Shown: positions 17,538 through 27,406 of the stretch, in pieces | Position numbering within the stretch: the first letter of the stretch is position 1 | Layout: every line of letters begins with the position of its first letter | Assembly (NCBI GenBank): GCA_048939765.1 | Contig: JBHLPF010000031.1 | Location: 8,306 to 43,407, forward strand | DNA: 35,102 nt | Direction: 5' to 3' | From: Promethearchaeota archaeon | GTDB lineage: Archaea; Asgardarchaeota; Thorarchaeia; Thorarchaeales; Thorarchaeaceae | The notes under the pieces: model-generated | What the model was told of the DNA's origin: nothing | The model's input: only the letters and a program-made list of their open reading frames with translations | The model's database searches: none | Program-made: the position numbers and the translations under genes

Positions 17538-17798
17538 CTAGTCCTCATCAACAGCCAAGAACTCGTGACTCTCAGTTATGACTTCGATTCGTCTTTTCGT
17601 CTTTGTGATTTGGCTCACATGTACGAGACCATTAATCTCCAGCTCCATAAGAGCAGAGTTCAACTCAGCATCGCTTGGCTCTTGTCCAAGCGCCTTCTTC
17701 AACGCTCTCTCGAGTTCATCATCAAGGATGACTCCTCTTCTCTTCTGAAGTATTTCCATCACTATGTTTCTGAGAGGCATGACGCTCCACGAAGTCAT
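17538..17798 (-). CDS. Small winged-helix protein downstream of cdc48
   Basis: MTSWSVMPLRNIVMEILQKRRG...ELNSALMELEINGLVHV. ATG 17798 follows GAGGGA and avoids overlap with cdc48. Confidence 0.7.
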   Translation of the reverse strand: MTSWSVMPLRNIVMEILQKRRGVILDDELERALKKALGQEPSDAELNSALMELEINGLVHVSQITKTKRRIEVITESHEFLAVDED

Positions 17799-17811
17799 TC
17801 TTTTTCCCTCT

Positions 17812-20013
17812 CTATATATAGCCTGGCGGCGCCGCTGATGGCTTTGCTGCTGTTCTCTGGAATTCTTCATTCATCTTCTCGTAGTCTGCGATGTCCTTTG
17901 GTGTAATAGAAGCCTGCACTGCCTTCAACGCCTCCTCGAAATGTCTCCAGGAAACAACCTCGATCTCATTTGCGCGATTCTCTTTGAGGGCATGCATTCC
18001 AGCCTCCTTGCATAGATTCTCGATGTCTCCACCAACGAAATTCTCAGTCATTTCTACCAATCTCTTGACTTTCACATCTTTGTCAAGGGGCATTTTGTTC
18101 AAATATATCTCGAAAATTGCTTCGCGTCCCTGTGCAGTGGGTGGTGGGATATAGATCCATCTATCGAATCTCCCCTTTCTGAGAAGGGCTCGGTCTATGA
18201 GGTCCGGTCGGTTGGTTGCAGCAACGACCACGAGATCCTTCATTGATTCCAAGCCGTCCATCTCCGTGAGGAGTTGACTCACCATTCTTTCAGTCACATT
18301 GCTGTCTCCAGAGATTCTGCCTCTTGAGGGAGCAATTGAGTCAAGTTCGTCAAAGAATATTATCGCCGGTGCCGCAGTTCGAGCTTTGCGGAACACTTCT
18401 CTTACTGCCTTCTCACTCTCGCCAACCCATTTCGACAACAATTCGGGTCCCTTAACGCTAATGAAGTTCGCCTCACTCTCAGTAGCAACGGCTTTAGCCA
18501 AGAGCGTCTTTCCGCATCCAGGGGGTCCAAAAATCAACACGCCTTTTGGCGGCTCGATTCCAAACTTCTTGAATGCTTCTGGCGTTTTCAGTGGCCATTC
18601 AACGACCTCTTTGAGCTTCTCCTTGACCTCCTCAAGACCGCCAACATCTGACCATCTGACATTTGGAACCTCAATGAATACCTCTCTCACTGCAGACGGC
18701 TGTATCTCTCTGAGCGCATCTAGAAAGTCCTCACTATTGACTTCGAGTTGGTCAAGGACCTCTTGAGGAATCTCCTCATCCTCCAGATTGAACTGCGGAA
18801 GGTATCTTCTAAGTGCCTTCATCGCTGCTTCTCTACAGAGCGCGTTCAGGTCTGCCCCCACAAAACCATGTGTAATGTGGGCCAGGACCTGAAGGTCCAC
18901 CCGATTGTCCCCCTCAGCAGTAAGAGGCATTCCTCGTGAGTGGATATGAAGCACTTCCAAACGCCCAGTCTCGTCGGGCACCCCAATCTCTATCTCTCTA
19001 TCAAATCGTCCCGGTCGTCGTAATGCAGGATCAAGCGCATTCACTCTGTTGGTGGCTCCTATCACGACCACTTGGCCTCGCGCCTTCAGACCATCCATGG
19101 TTGCCAGTAGCTGAGCCACAACGCGTCTCTCAACCTCGCCTTGCACGTCTTCTCGTTTGGGGGCAATAGCATCTAACTCATCTATGAATATGATACTTGG
19201 AGCATTCTCCTCTGCTTCCTCGAAGATTTTCCTCAGTTTCTGTTCTGACTCTCCGTAGAACTTAGACATGATTTCTGGCCCATTTATGTGTACGAAATTG
19301 GCTTCCGACTCTCCCGCTACAGCCTTGGCGAGCAAGGTCTTTCCTGTCCCAGGTGGACCATGCAGAATCAGACCGCGCGGTGGATCAATACCGAGACGCT
19401 TGAAAATCTCCGGATGTCGCATTGGTAGCTCGACCATCTCGCGGATTCTCTGAATCGCATCAGCAAGACCACCAATCTCCTCGTAGGTCACCTGTGCGGC
19501 TCCAACCACATCTCCAGTTGGCTTCTCTGCGATTGAGAGCATTGTAGAGTGTTGAACCACAACTGTCCCGGCTGGCTTTACGCCGGTGACTTTGAAGGGG
19601 ATGGCTCGTCCTAGAATTGGAATGAAAACCGTATCATTTGTGGTGACAGGGCAATTGAGAAGTTTGCGCTTGACGAACTCTTCAAATCTAGGCTCTGGAC
19701 GAATGGGTACCGATGTTGGTGCAAGGGTGATATTACGTGCGGGTTCTTCATTCGCTCGTGAAACTGTGACTTTTTCGCTCAAACTGACTCCTGCGTTTCG
19801 TCTTATTCGACCATCCATTCTGATGATCTCTCGGCCTTTATCTCCTTGATAAGCTGGCCAAGCAATCGCAGCAGTCACACGTTTTCCTTTGATTTGGATA
19901 ATGTCTCCAGTTCTTACGCCTAGTTTCTCCATGGACATGGCATCGATTCTGACAATGAATCGACCAATGTCCCGATGCTCGGCCTCTGTTACCTTTAGTA
20001 CTATTTCGACCAA
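17812..20013 (-). CDS. cdc48: Cdc48/VAT/p97 AAA+ ATPase
   Basis: N-domain plus two AAA modules ([16 protein letters not shown]; IFIDE, IFFDE; ALRRPGRFD). C-terminus GYI. TTG start. Confidence 0.97.
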   Translation of the reverse strand: MVEIVLKVTEAEHRDIGRFIVRIDAMSMEKLGVRTGDIIQIKGKRVTAAIAWPAYQGDKGREIIRMDGRIRRNAGVSLSEKVTVSRANEEPARNITLAPTSVPIRPEPRFEEFVKRKLLNCPVTTNDTVFIPILGRAIPFKVTGVKPAGTVVVQHSTMLSIAEKPTGDVVGAAQVTYEEIGGLADAIQRIREMVELPMRHPEIFKRLGIDPPRGLILHGPPGTGKTLLAKAVAGESEANFVHINGPEIMSKFYGESEQKLRKIFEEAEENAPSIIFIDELDAIAPKREDVQGEVERRVVAQLLATMDGLKARGQVVVIGATNRVNALDPALRRPGRFDREIEIGVPDETGRLEVLHIHSRGMPLTAEGDNRVDLQVLAHITHGFVGADLNALCREAAMKALRRYLPQFNLEDEEIPQEVLDQLEVNSEDFLDALREIQPSAVREVFIEVPNVRWSDVGGLEEVKEKLKEVVEWPLKTPEAFKKFGIEPPKGVLIFGPPGCGKTLLAKAVATESEANFISVKGPELLSKWVGESEKAVREVFRKARTAAPAIIFFDELDSIAPSRGRISGDSNVTERMVSQLLTEMDGLESMKDLVVVAATNRPDLIDRALLRKGRFDRWIYIPPPTAQGREAIFEIYLNKMPLDKDVKVKRLVEMTENFVGGDIENLCKEAGMHALKENRANEIEVVSWRHFEEALKAVQASITPKDIADYEKMNEEFQRTAAKPSAAPPGYI

Positions 20014-20241
20014 TGCTTGGCAACATCCTTTTGGTTGTGGATTCTGATAGCTCAGAAGCAGGACGGCTTACCGACGACCTTCAACTCTTCTCTCTCAGGT
20101 TCCCATAAAGGGTTTTTTAACACCGATATAACCAGGCTCAAAGAGAAGTTGATTTACAGAAGATTTCGATGAAAGACTAGTTATAAACCCTGAGTTCTAA
20201 TCGTTATTTCGGAACGCATTAGACAGATGGCGCGAATCTCT

Positions 20242-20508
20242 CTACATGCGCGAAACCATTTCGACTTCGACCTGAGCCACTCCCTCAAGAGATCCAATGG
20301 CCTCTTCGATATCGTCGGGGCCACCCATTGATTCCTCTCTGGCAACATTCATCCTTAGTGCCTTCAAGCCAAATGCCACTGGAACTATCTCAGTTGCTCG
20401 GACATCGGTCCCATCCGGAATATTAGACTTGATACGTTCCAATAGATTCTCGAGATTGACATCTACGTCTTCTGGCATTACCTTTAATGTGATAACAACT
20501 CTAGCCAC
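20242..20508 (-). CDS. ef1b: Translation elongation factor 1-beta
   Basis: KVMPE...PVAFGLKAL...EGV; 88 aa. Confidence 0.95.
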   Translation of the reverse strand: MARVVITLKVMPEDVDVNLENLLERIKSNIPDGTDVRATEIVPVAFGLKALRMNVAREESMGGPDDIEEAIGSLEGVAQVEVEMVSRM

Positions 20509-20530
20509 TACAAATCAACTCCATTTCTAT

Positions 20531-20707
20531 CTAGGGTCCTTCGAACGCGCAATTGGGGCAGCTATATTTGACAGAGAAGCGTCTACAGACCTCGCACCGC
20601 CAGATAATGAATTCACCGCATGATGGACACTGAAACTTCACGCTGTTCTCCTGTGGGGAGATTGAACGGTGACACGAAGTGCATCTGATAGCTCTCATGT
20701 TGGACAA
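20531..20707 (-). CDS. Small Zn-ribbon protein (DUF1610/HVO_2753-like)
   Basis: Hand translation: [58 protein letters not shown]. Four CxxC motifs; usual position upstream of EF-1beta; missing from the ORF track. Confidence 0.92.
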   Translation of the reverse strand: MSNMRAIRCTSCHRSISPQENSVKFQCPSCGEFIIWRCEVCRRFSVKYSCPNCAFEGP

Positions 20708-20873
20708 ATTATCACCAGAGGATATTATCGCTGGATGCGTTTCATGGGCCCAGCCGTGCGGTTTTTATAAACCTGTCGAAGCGTATACCCTTCACAACTC
20801 GTCACGATTGAGCTTAATCCATATATGGTTGTAGGGACTATAAAGACCTGCTAGCAAGTCTGGAGAGTATCTT

Positions 20874-21905
20874 ATGGGTACCAAACTGGGTGATATAGTA
20901 ACTGCCGAGCCAATCTCATTGAGAGAGCTGGGTGGACGCAAAATCGCGATTGATGCCTTCAATACAATCTATGCCTTTCTCGCTAGCATCAGACAGCCCG
21001 ATGGGACACCCCTCATGGATCGGCAAGGTCGTGTGACCAGTCATCTCTCTGGACTTTTCTATAGAAACTTGAACCTGCTAGAGAACGGAATCAGTCCAGT
21101 GTATGTTTTTGATGGTGAGGCTCCCAAGCTAAAAGACGCAGAGGTTCAACGACGGCAAGAGATTCGCGAGACAGCAAGAGAGGAGTGGGCGCGAGCAAAG
21201 GCAGAAGGTCGAATAGAGGACGCACGGAAAGCCGGACAAGCCAGCTCCAGACTGACCAGTCCCATGATTGAGGAGAGTAAGGAGCTGCTAGAAGCTCTCG
21301 GGATCCCAGTGATACAAGCACCATCCGAGGGTGAGGCTCTGGCTGCGCAGATGACTAGGGCTAACATCGTATGGGCAAGTGCAAGTCAGGACAATGACTC
21401 ACTGCTATACAACTGTCCTCGGATGATCAGGAATCTGAATATCTCAGGAAGAAGGAGATTTGGACGTTCCAAGTATAGGACAATCAGTCCTGAGATCATT
21501 GATCTGGACTCGAATCTCAGGCATCTGGAGATAACTCGAGAGCAACTCATTGACATCGCCATCCTCATTGGAACTGACTATAACGACAAGCTTGAGGGTG
21601 TGGGCGCCAAGACTGCACTGAAATGGGTCAAGCAGTATGGAAGTCTTGAGAAGATCGAGAAGGAACGTGAGATCAAACTGGACTGCCCCTATGAAGAGAT
21701 AAGGGACATATTTCTGAATCCCCCCAAGATGGAAGTCGAGGAACCAAAATGGGCTGATCCTGACCGTGACGCGATTGTTCGAATCCTCTGTGGGGAACAC
21801 GACTTTAGCTCAAATCGTGTCGAGAAGTCTCTAGAACGATTGGATGAAGCTCTAAAGGAAACGAGAGAGTCTACACAACAGAGTTCACTAACAGACTTCT
21901 TTTAG
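20874..21905 (+). CDS. fen: Flap endonuclease 1
   Basis: IDAFN..YAFLASIRQPDG, VFDG, APSEGEA, SQD.DSLL, GTDYN, C-terminal PIP box QSSLTDFF. Confidence 0.97.
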   Translation: MGTKLGDIVTAEPISLRELGGRKIAIDAFNTIYAFLASIRQPDGTPLMDRQGRVTSHLSGLFYRNLNLLENGISPVYVFDGEAPKLKDAEVQRRQEIRETAREEWARAKAEGRIEDARKAGQASSRLTSPMIEESKELLEALGIPVIQAPSEGEALAAQMTRANIVWASASQDNDSLLYNCPRMIRNLNISGRRRFGRSKYRTISPEIIDLDSNLRHLEITREQLIDIAILIGTDYNDKLEGVGAKTALKWVKQYGSLEKIEKEREIKLDCPYEEIRDIFLNPPKMEVEEPKWADPDRDAIVRILCGEHDFSSNRVEKSLERLDEALKETRESTQQSSLTDFF

Positions 21906-21976
21906 ATGGTTCTAATCATATAGAGAACGATAAATACTGAAGAGTGAACAAAACAAACACGGACAGGTGGATTGCC

Positions 21977-22684
21977 CTGAGTCGAGAGAGAATGACTGCA
22001 GTACGGGCTGCGGTGAGCGATATTGTGAACGGAACCTTTGGAGATGATAATGGTTCTCATGTCATATCTCCATATGGCGTAGAATTGCGAAGAGTTGCTC
22101 TAGTCGGTCTAATAGTCGATCATTATTCGAAGGAAGGCTATGCAAGCATAACAATTGATGACGGAACTGAAACGATTAGGGTAAAGGCCTGGGGTGGCGA
22201 AGCAAACTCTCTCGAGAAGGTTCAGGCGAATATTCTAGCACTCATTATCGGGAAAGTAAAAGAGTACCAAGGTGAAGTCTATGTGTCTCCAGAAATAGTG
22301 CGAGAACTCGACGACCCGAATTACATGACAGTTCATCAGCTAGAGCGATACGCTGCTATGCTTACTCGCAGTGGGGTAGCACTTGAAACGCCCTTCGGAT
22401 CAGAAGACTTCTTGGAGGAGTCTGCTCCCACTCCGAAACACGAAGTCGCAGAGAAACCTCCAGAGAAAAAAGCAACGCCCATTTCTGGCAAAATCTACAA
22501 GCAAATTATGCAGTACATTGAAGAGAATTCTGAGGAAGAAGGTGTCCCTATAGCGTCTATCGTGGATTTCTTTGGGGAGAAGGGCCATGACCCGACTGAT
22601 ATTCAGTTAAAGGTCCTAGATCTTCAAGGTCAGGGAAGTCTGGTAGAAGTAAAAGTCGGTGTCTATCGTCCGGCTGACTCCTGA
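21977..22684 (+). CDS. RPA32-like OB-fold ssDNA-binding protein with C-terminal winged helix
   Basis: RRVALVG, IDDGTETIRVKAW, IIGKVKEYQG OB fold; acidic/Pro linker; C-terminal helix-wing ending GVYRP. Start is CTG 21977, GTG 21944 or ATG 21992. Confidence 0.8.
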   Translation: MSRERMTAVRAAVSDIVNGTFGDDNGSHVISPYGVELRRVALVGLIVDHYSKEGYASITIDDGTETIRVKAWGGEANSLEKVQANILALIIGKVKEYQGEVYVSPEIVRELDDPNYMTVHQLERYAAMLTRSGVALETPFGSEDFLEESAPTPKHEVAEKPPEKKATPISGKIYKQIMQYIEENSEEEGVPIASIVDFFGEKGHDPTDIQLKVLDLQGQGSLVEVKVGVYRPADS

Positions 22685-22733
22685 ACGAAGTACAGAGCGA
22701 CAGCTTAATAGCGAATCCGGAGTGATTTGAATT

Positions 22734-23147
22734 ATGGACGACTACGAGAGTCTTCTAGAACGGGCGCGTTCTCAAGTCCCTGAGGATGCATTCAAGAGGT
22801 CTGGAGAGAGATTCCAAGTTCCGAAAGTGGAATTGATGGTTCAGGGCAGTAGGAGTTTTTGGCAGAACTTTCAGGAGATAATCAATATTCTGAACCGTCC
22901 GGGGAAAGAGGTGCTCAAATATGTGGCCGGCCAGCTAGCCACAGCAGGCAATATTGAAGGGAGCAGTGCTATCTTCAATGGTAAGTTTATGCCTGACCAA
23001 ATAGATGACGTCTTAGGCAGATATATCGAATCATATGTGATCTGTCCAGTATGTACACGTCCAGACACTAGCATGGCCAAAGCGGGTAATGCCTACTATC
23101 TAATCTGCTCAGCATGCGGAGCTCGAACCTCTGTGAGACCGGTCTAA
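22734..23147 (+). CDS. eif2b: Translation initiation factor 2 beta subunit
   Basis: YESLLERA, ERFQVP, LNRP, CPVCTRPDT...CSACGA. Confidence 0.96.
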   Translation: MDDYESLLERARSQVPEDAFKRSGERFQVPKVELMVQGSRSFWQNFQEIINILNRPGKEVLKYVAGQLATAGNIEGSSAIFNGKFMPDQIDDVLGRYIESYVICPVCTRPDTSMAKAGNAYYLICSACGARTSVRPV

Positions 23148-23161
23148 TAGGAGAAATACGT

Positions 23162-23464
23162 ATGCCTAACGTCTACATGCGTGCACGTGAAACACATGAC
23201 GGGCATTATGTAGTTGCTATGTGTGACGAAGCGCTTCTCGGAAAGACACTGACGGAGGGTGCAGTCGAGTTCAAGGTTTCTCCAGAGTTCTATGGAAACG
23301 AATTGGTCGATGTAAAGGTCTGTGTCGAACACCTCAACAAAGCAACCATTGCAAACATGGTTGGCTCAACAAGCGTCAAGACTGCAATGAAGGCAGGTTT
23401 CGTCCATGAACAAGCGGTCGCCTATATAGAGGGACATCCACACGCTCAATGGGTTCGCCTTTAG
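23162..23464 (+). CDS. DUF424 family protein
   Basis: VAMCDEALLGK...VSPEFYG...ATIANMVG...PHAQ. Confidence 0.88.
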   Translation: MPNVYMRARETHDGHYVVAMCDEALLGKTLTEGAVEFKVSPEFYGNELVDVKVCVEHLNKATIANMVGSTSVKTAMKAGFVHEQAVAYIEGHPHAQWVRL

Positions 23465-23862
23465 TGATTTCGTGATTCTCCCCTACATTCTGTCTTTGGC
23501 TTCCCGCCGCAGAGCGCGTCCCTTCCCATATCTGCTGAGATCCCTCCCAGATAGTTATTCAGAACCTCTCTCACTGTGACTCCTTCTGCCTTTTTGACAG
23601 AGATTCCTACTTGTTGAGTCACCATATACGGTCGGCCTCCCATTCCTGATACTATTAGTACCTTGACCCCTCTGTCTGCCAATGCCATCACCGGTTCAGC
23701 ACAACTGGAATGCCCTGCATTCCTCAGGATTTCCACCTCAACAACCTCTCCGTCTTCAACAGTGGAGATAACAAACATTGGGCTATGACCGAAATGCGCA
23801 CTTATTGGACTATCAAGTCCCTGCTCAGAAATCGCTGGTACAGCTATTTTGTGTAAAGCCAT
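23461..23862 (-). CDS. NifB/NifX family (FeMo-co biosynthesis domain) protein
   Basis: KIAVP...ISAHFGHSPMF...GVKVLIVSGMG. Confidence 0.88.
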   Translation of the reverse strand: MALHKIAVPAISEQGLDSPISAHFGHSPMFVISTVEDGEVVEVEILRNAGHSSCAEPVMALADRGVKVLIVSGMGGRPYMVTQQVGISVKKAEGVTVREVLNNYLGGISADMGRDALCGGKPKTECRGESRNH

Positions 23863-23868
23863 TTTGGA

Positions 23869-24300
23869 TCACTCGTTGGTTTCTTTGGACCTCTTCTTTC
23901 TGTATAGGGAGTCTGAACCACACTCGGGACAAATCCTAGGTCTAGATTGTCCTAGAGGGGCTTCTATTGTGTTCCCGCATTTTTCACATTCAAAAACACG
24001 GATATCACAGGGCAGGACATATTCTCCTCCCTCGATTCGAAGCACAATTCCACGCACTATGGTCTCTGCAATCTTCTTTCTTGCCGATGTCAAAATCCGA
24101 TTGAACGTGGGTTGGCTAACATGCATCACATCACTGGCCTCCCTCTGATTCATTCCCCCGTAATCAGCCAGCCTCACTGCCTCAAATTCATCAACTGTAA
24201 TGAAAATCTCGTCCAGCTCTTTTGCAGGAATGCCAGCAGGCTTAAAGATTGATATTACGGGCTCTTCGGAGACCTTTCTGAATTGCTTCCTTCGAGGCAT
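23869..24300 (-). CDS. DUF134 HTH protein with C-terminal Zn ribbon
   Basis: MPRRK..R...FKPAG...DEFEAVRLAD...SQPTFNRIL.SARKKIA...IEGG; CEKCG and CPECGS. Confidence 0.9.
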   Translation of the reverse strand: MPRRKQFRKVSEEPVISIFKPAGIPAKELDEIFITVDEFEAVRLADYGGMNQREASDVMHVSQPTFNRILTSARKKIAETIVRGIVLRIEGGEYVLPCDIRVFECEKCGNTIEAPLGQSRPRICPECGSDSLYRKKRSKETNE

Positions 24301-24303
24301 GAG

Positions 24304-24322
24304 GAGTTATTAATCATAATTC
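24304..24322 (-). promoter_or_regulatory. Imperfect palindrome, putative DUF134 operator
   Basis: GAGTTAT-taatc-ATAATTC (6 of 7 positions match), 3 nt from the DUF134 ATG. Confidence 0.4.
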
Positions 24323-24406
24323 AAAAAAGGCTTCCGATGACACAAAGGTGTCAACACGCTGGTGAATCCCACCACGTTTTAAGGAATCAGTAATCTATCA
24401 CGGTTG

Positions 24407-25492
24407 ATGAACTTGACTGCTCCCTGTTACGAGTGTGGAAATAAGTCCGAGATCGATGGACTCTGTGCTGACTGCTACAGAAAAGCACATCCATTAGTTG
24501 AGGTCAGGTCTTCACTCAAACTACTCACTTGCAAGCGGTGCGGGGCTGTAAAAGTACCAGGTGGATGGAAGACAATCAGTGAACAGTTGTCTGATCCTGA
24601 CGATCTTATAGAACTTCAAATAGAGATCCTTTTGCAGCAAGAGGTCAAACGGAATGTTGATGGTGTCCAGCTAGAGTACACAGAGGAAAAGGCACTGGAC
24701 ACAGTACGTGACATAATGGTAATTGCATCAGGAACTTCAAATCCATTTCTGGCTGCACATTCTGAGAGTTATCCTATCGAGGTACGATTCAGCTACGCGA
24801 CATGTGATACATGTGCTATGATGAGTGGGGGTTACCATGAAGCTATACTTCAGGTTCGAGCTAATGAGAGACCAATTACAGATGAGGAAGAGGATGGAAT
24901 AATCTCAGTCGTCACGGATTTGACTGTGGCGGAGTATGGGAAGGACATTAAGGCCTTCGTGACAGAGATGAACAGGGACAAATATGGATTAGACTTCAAG
25001 ATTGGCTCTGAGCACCTCTGCAAACGAATAGCAGATAGTCTTCAGCAAAGGTATCTTGCTGAACGCAAGGAGAACTACAAACTCATTGGCGAAGACAAAG
25101 GCGGTAAGAAGAAGTATCGGATAACTATTCTCATTCGTCTTCAGAAATTCACGCTTGGAGACTTCATACGGGTTGGCTCAAAGCCATGTCAAGTAACAGC
25201 AATGGGTCGTGGTGGTCTCAGTTGCTATAATCTCAAGAATGGGAATAGATTCACAATCAATCCAAAGAGTGCAAAGTGGAGGACTATCGAGTTTATTGCA
25301 CCAGAATCGGACAAACGCCAATTCATGGTAGTGTCGAATCTCCACGATCAACCAGTTCAAATCATGGACTCTGAGAGTTATGAAATACATGAGATTGATC
25401 GGAAAGACATGACAGTAGATGTTTCAAATGGCGATACTGCTTTTGGGCTCCAATTGGACAATCGAGTATTCCTGATTCCGCCCAATGACTGA
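24407..25492 (+). CDS. nmd3: NMD3 family ribosome maturation protein
   Basis: CYECG..CADC, CKRCG, CDTC..SGGYHEAILQVR, YRITILIR. Confidence 0.9.
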   Translation: MNLTAPCYECGNKSEIDGLCADCYRKAHPLVEVRSSLKLLTCKRCGAVKVPGGWKTISEQLSDPDDLIELQIEILLQQEVKRNVDGVQLEYTEEKALDTVRDIMVIASGTSNPFLAAHSESYPIEVRFSYATCDTCAMMSGGYHEAILQVRANERPITDEEEDGIISVVTDLTVAEYGKDIKAFVTEMNRDKYGLDFKIGSEHLCKRIADSLQQRYLAERKENYKLIGEDKGGKKKYRITILIRLQKFTLGDFIRVGSKPCQVTAMGRGGLSCYNLKNGNRFTINPKSAKWRTIEFIAPESDKRQFMVVSNLHDQPVQIMDSESYEIHEIDRKDMTVDVSNGDTAFGLQLDNRVFLIPPND

Positions 25493-25592
25493 ATCCTCGA
25501 ATGTGTGAAGAGCTACGCTTAAATGGCCACCTTCGGCATTGAGAGTCAGGTCCTAAGCACTCTATAGCATGGACCATGAACGGAGGATTATT

Positions 25593-25922
25593 TTGTCCCG
25601 TAGAGGTAAACGCAAACCACAAGGTCCCCCCACCGAAGAACTAGTCCGGGTTAGAACTCCACGACGCGATGATGGAGAGATGTATGGAATCATCATCCAG
25701 ATGTTGGGCTTTGATAGAGTCAGGGTACGATGCGAGGATGGGGAGATTCGTATCGGACGTATACCTGGTCGAATGAAGAAAAGAGTCTGGATGCGTGTTG
25801 GTGATACAGTCGTAATTGTACCCTGGGACTTCCAATCCGACCAGAAGTGTGATGTTGTCTACAGATACCGAGGCAATGAACTTGACTGGCTTCAGAAAAA
25901 GGGTCTTCTGAAGATGTTCTAG
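25593..25922 (+). CDS. eif1a: Translation initiation factor 1A
   Basis: QMLGFDRVRVRCEDG..R.GRIPGRMKKRVWMRVGD. TTG 25593 follows GGAGGA. Confidence 0.96.
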   Translation: MSRRGKRKPQGPPTEELVRVRTPRRDDGEMYGIIIQMLGFDRVRVRCEDGEIRIGRIPGRMKKRVWMRVGDTVVIVPWDFQSDQKCDVVYRYRGNELDWLQKKGLLKMF

Positions 25923-25997
25923 GCTAATCTTTTTCTGAAATTCAACCAGATTAGCACCGAGTTTAGTTCAATTGGTCCTGTCAGGAAGTCATAGCAA

Positions 25998-26786
25998 GTG
26001 AAAGACCTAGACAAGAAGCATGAGCGAATTCTATCTGAGCTCGATCGCCGTAAGATGAAACGACAGAAGGACTCAGATGAATTCAAAGTAATTGAGGGCG
26101 TAATTGACCCTCCTACCTTGAAGGCTCTATACAAGCTTCTGAATAGAGGTACAATCAATGTGCTTCATGGCACAATTAGTACTGGAAAAGAAGCCAATGT
26201 GTACACCGGTGAAGACCCTGAAGGCACGCCAGTTGCTGTGAAGATATTTCGTGTTAGCACCGCTGAAACAGACTACATGCTTGAGTATATAGTGGGTGAT
26301 CCTCGTTTCAAACGTGTCGGCCGTCGAAGCAGAACTCTGATTCCACAATGGGCTTTGAAGGAGTATAAGAACCTGAATCGGTATCACGAAGCGGGAGTTC
26401 GTGTCCCCAAACCTATTGACATTCAACGCAATGTGCTTGTTATGGAGTTCATTGGTGATTTAGATGATGGAACACCAGCTAGACTGATGAAGAATATAGA
26501 AATCGAATCTCCAGTTGACACATTCAACGAAATCATCGATATGATTCATATTGGCTATACTGAGGCAGGACTTGTCCATGCAGACCTAAGCGAGTACAAT
26601 ATCCTCTGGCAGGATGGACCCGTGATAATCGATGTGTCACAAGCTGTTCTCAAGAATCACGACCATGCAAGCCGCTACCTACTTAGAGATATTAGCAACA
26701 TCACAACCTTTTTCCAGAAGCTCGGGGTCGAGGCTCAAGACCCAAAGGAGATTGCAAAAGAGATACTATCCTCTGGTGAAGACTAG
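25998..26786 (+). CDS. rio1: RIO1 family Ser/Thr kinase
   Basis: ISTGKEANVY, AVKIFR, LVHADLSEYNIL, IIDVSQAV. Confidence 0.96.
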   Translation: MKDLDKKHERILSELDRRKMKRQKDSDEFKVIEGVIDPPTLKALYKLLNRGTINVLHGTISTGKEANVYTGEDPEGTPVAVKIFRVSTAETDYMLEYIVGDPRFKRVGRRSRTLIPQWALKEYKNLNRYHEAGVRVPKPIDIQRNVLVMEFIGDLDDGTPARLMKNIEIESPVDTFNEIIDMIHIGYTEAGLVHADLSEYNILWQDGPVIIDVSQAVLKNHDHASRYLLRDISNITTFFQKLGVEAQDPKEIAKEILSSGED

Positions 26787-27353
26787 ATGCACTTACACGA
26801 AACTGTTAGAGTGCCAGCTGAGCGTGTTGGCGTCATTGTAGGTCGTAACGGTAGAGTGAGAAAGAGAGTAGAGAAGTTAACAAACACAAGGATTGAAGTC
26901 CACTCAGAGGGCATCGTAAAGATAACCGGTCGTGAGGACACAGAGGATCCCGTCCTAGCTTGGAAGGCTAAGGACATAATTCGAGCTATGGCTCGTGGAT
27001 TCAGCCCCAAGAATGCACTGTCCCTCATTGATGAGGATGCCCGTCTGCTCGTCATCTCATTGCGTGAAGTAGTTGGCTCATCTCCTAACCAGTTGAAGCG
27101 AGTAGCTGGCAGAATCATAGGAGAGAACGGCAGAACCAGACGAGCAATAGAACAGATCACAGAGTCAAAAATCTCTATCTATGGTAGAACAGTATCGCTC
27201 ATCGGATATGATCCTGGACTGCAATATGCCCAGAAAGCCATTGATATGCTCATAGGTGGGGCGCCTCATGGTGCCGTATACGGGATGCTGGAGAGAGCCC
27301 GTAGAAACATGAGCAGAATGGAGGCAGAGCTCTGGGAAGATACCGATCTCTGA
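26787..27353 (+). CDS. KH-domain pre-rRNA processing protein (Pno1/Dim2)
   Basis: VGVIVGRNG, ARGFSP, GRIIGENGRTR, GAPHGAVY; abuts rio1. Confidence 0.93.
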   Translation: MHLHETVRVPAERVGVIVGRNGRVRKRVEKLTNTRIEVHSEGIVKITGREDTEDPVLAWKAKDIIRAMARGFSPKNALSLIDEDARLLVISLREVVGSSPNQLKRVAGRIIGENGRTRRAIEQITESKISIYGRTVSLIGYDPGLQYAQKAIDMLIGGAPHGAVYGMLERARRNMSRMEAELWEDTDL

Positions 27354-27406
27354 AGCGATGTAATACCCGAGCTAATAATGCCAAGAACCCTTTCAACTGT
27401 TGTACA

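Noticed and set aside
17799-17870. N-terminal extension of the wHTH ORF overlapping cdc48
   Set aside because: It is a low-complexity alternate-frame read of the cdc48 3' end; ATG 17798 has its own SD-like sequence.
20014-20241. Heat-shock-element-like TTC/GAA repeats upstream of cdc48
   Set aside because: The spacing does not match nGAAn arrays and I could not match a known archaeal heat-shock operator.
23461-23862. Nitrogen fixation
   Set aside because: NifB/NifX-domain proteins are widespread in non-diazotrophs, and there is no nifHDK here.
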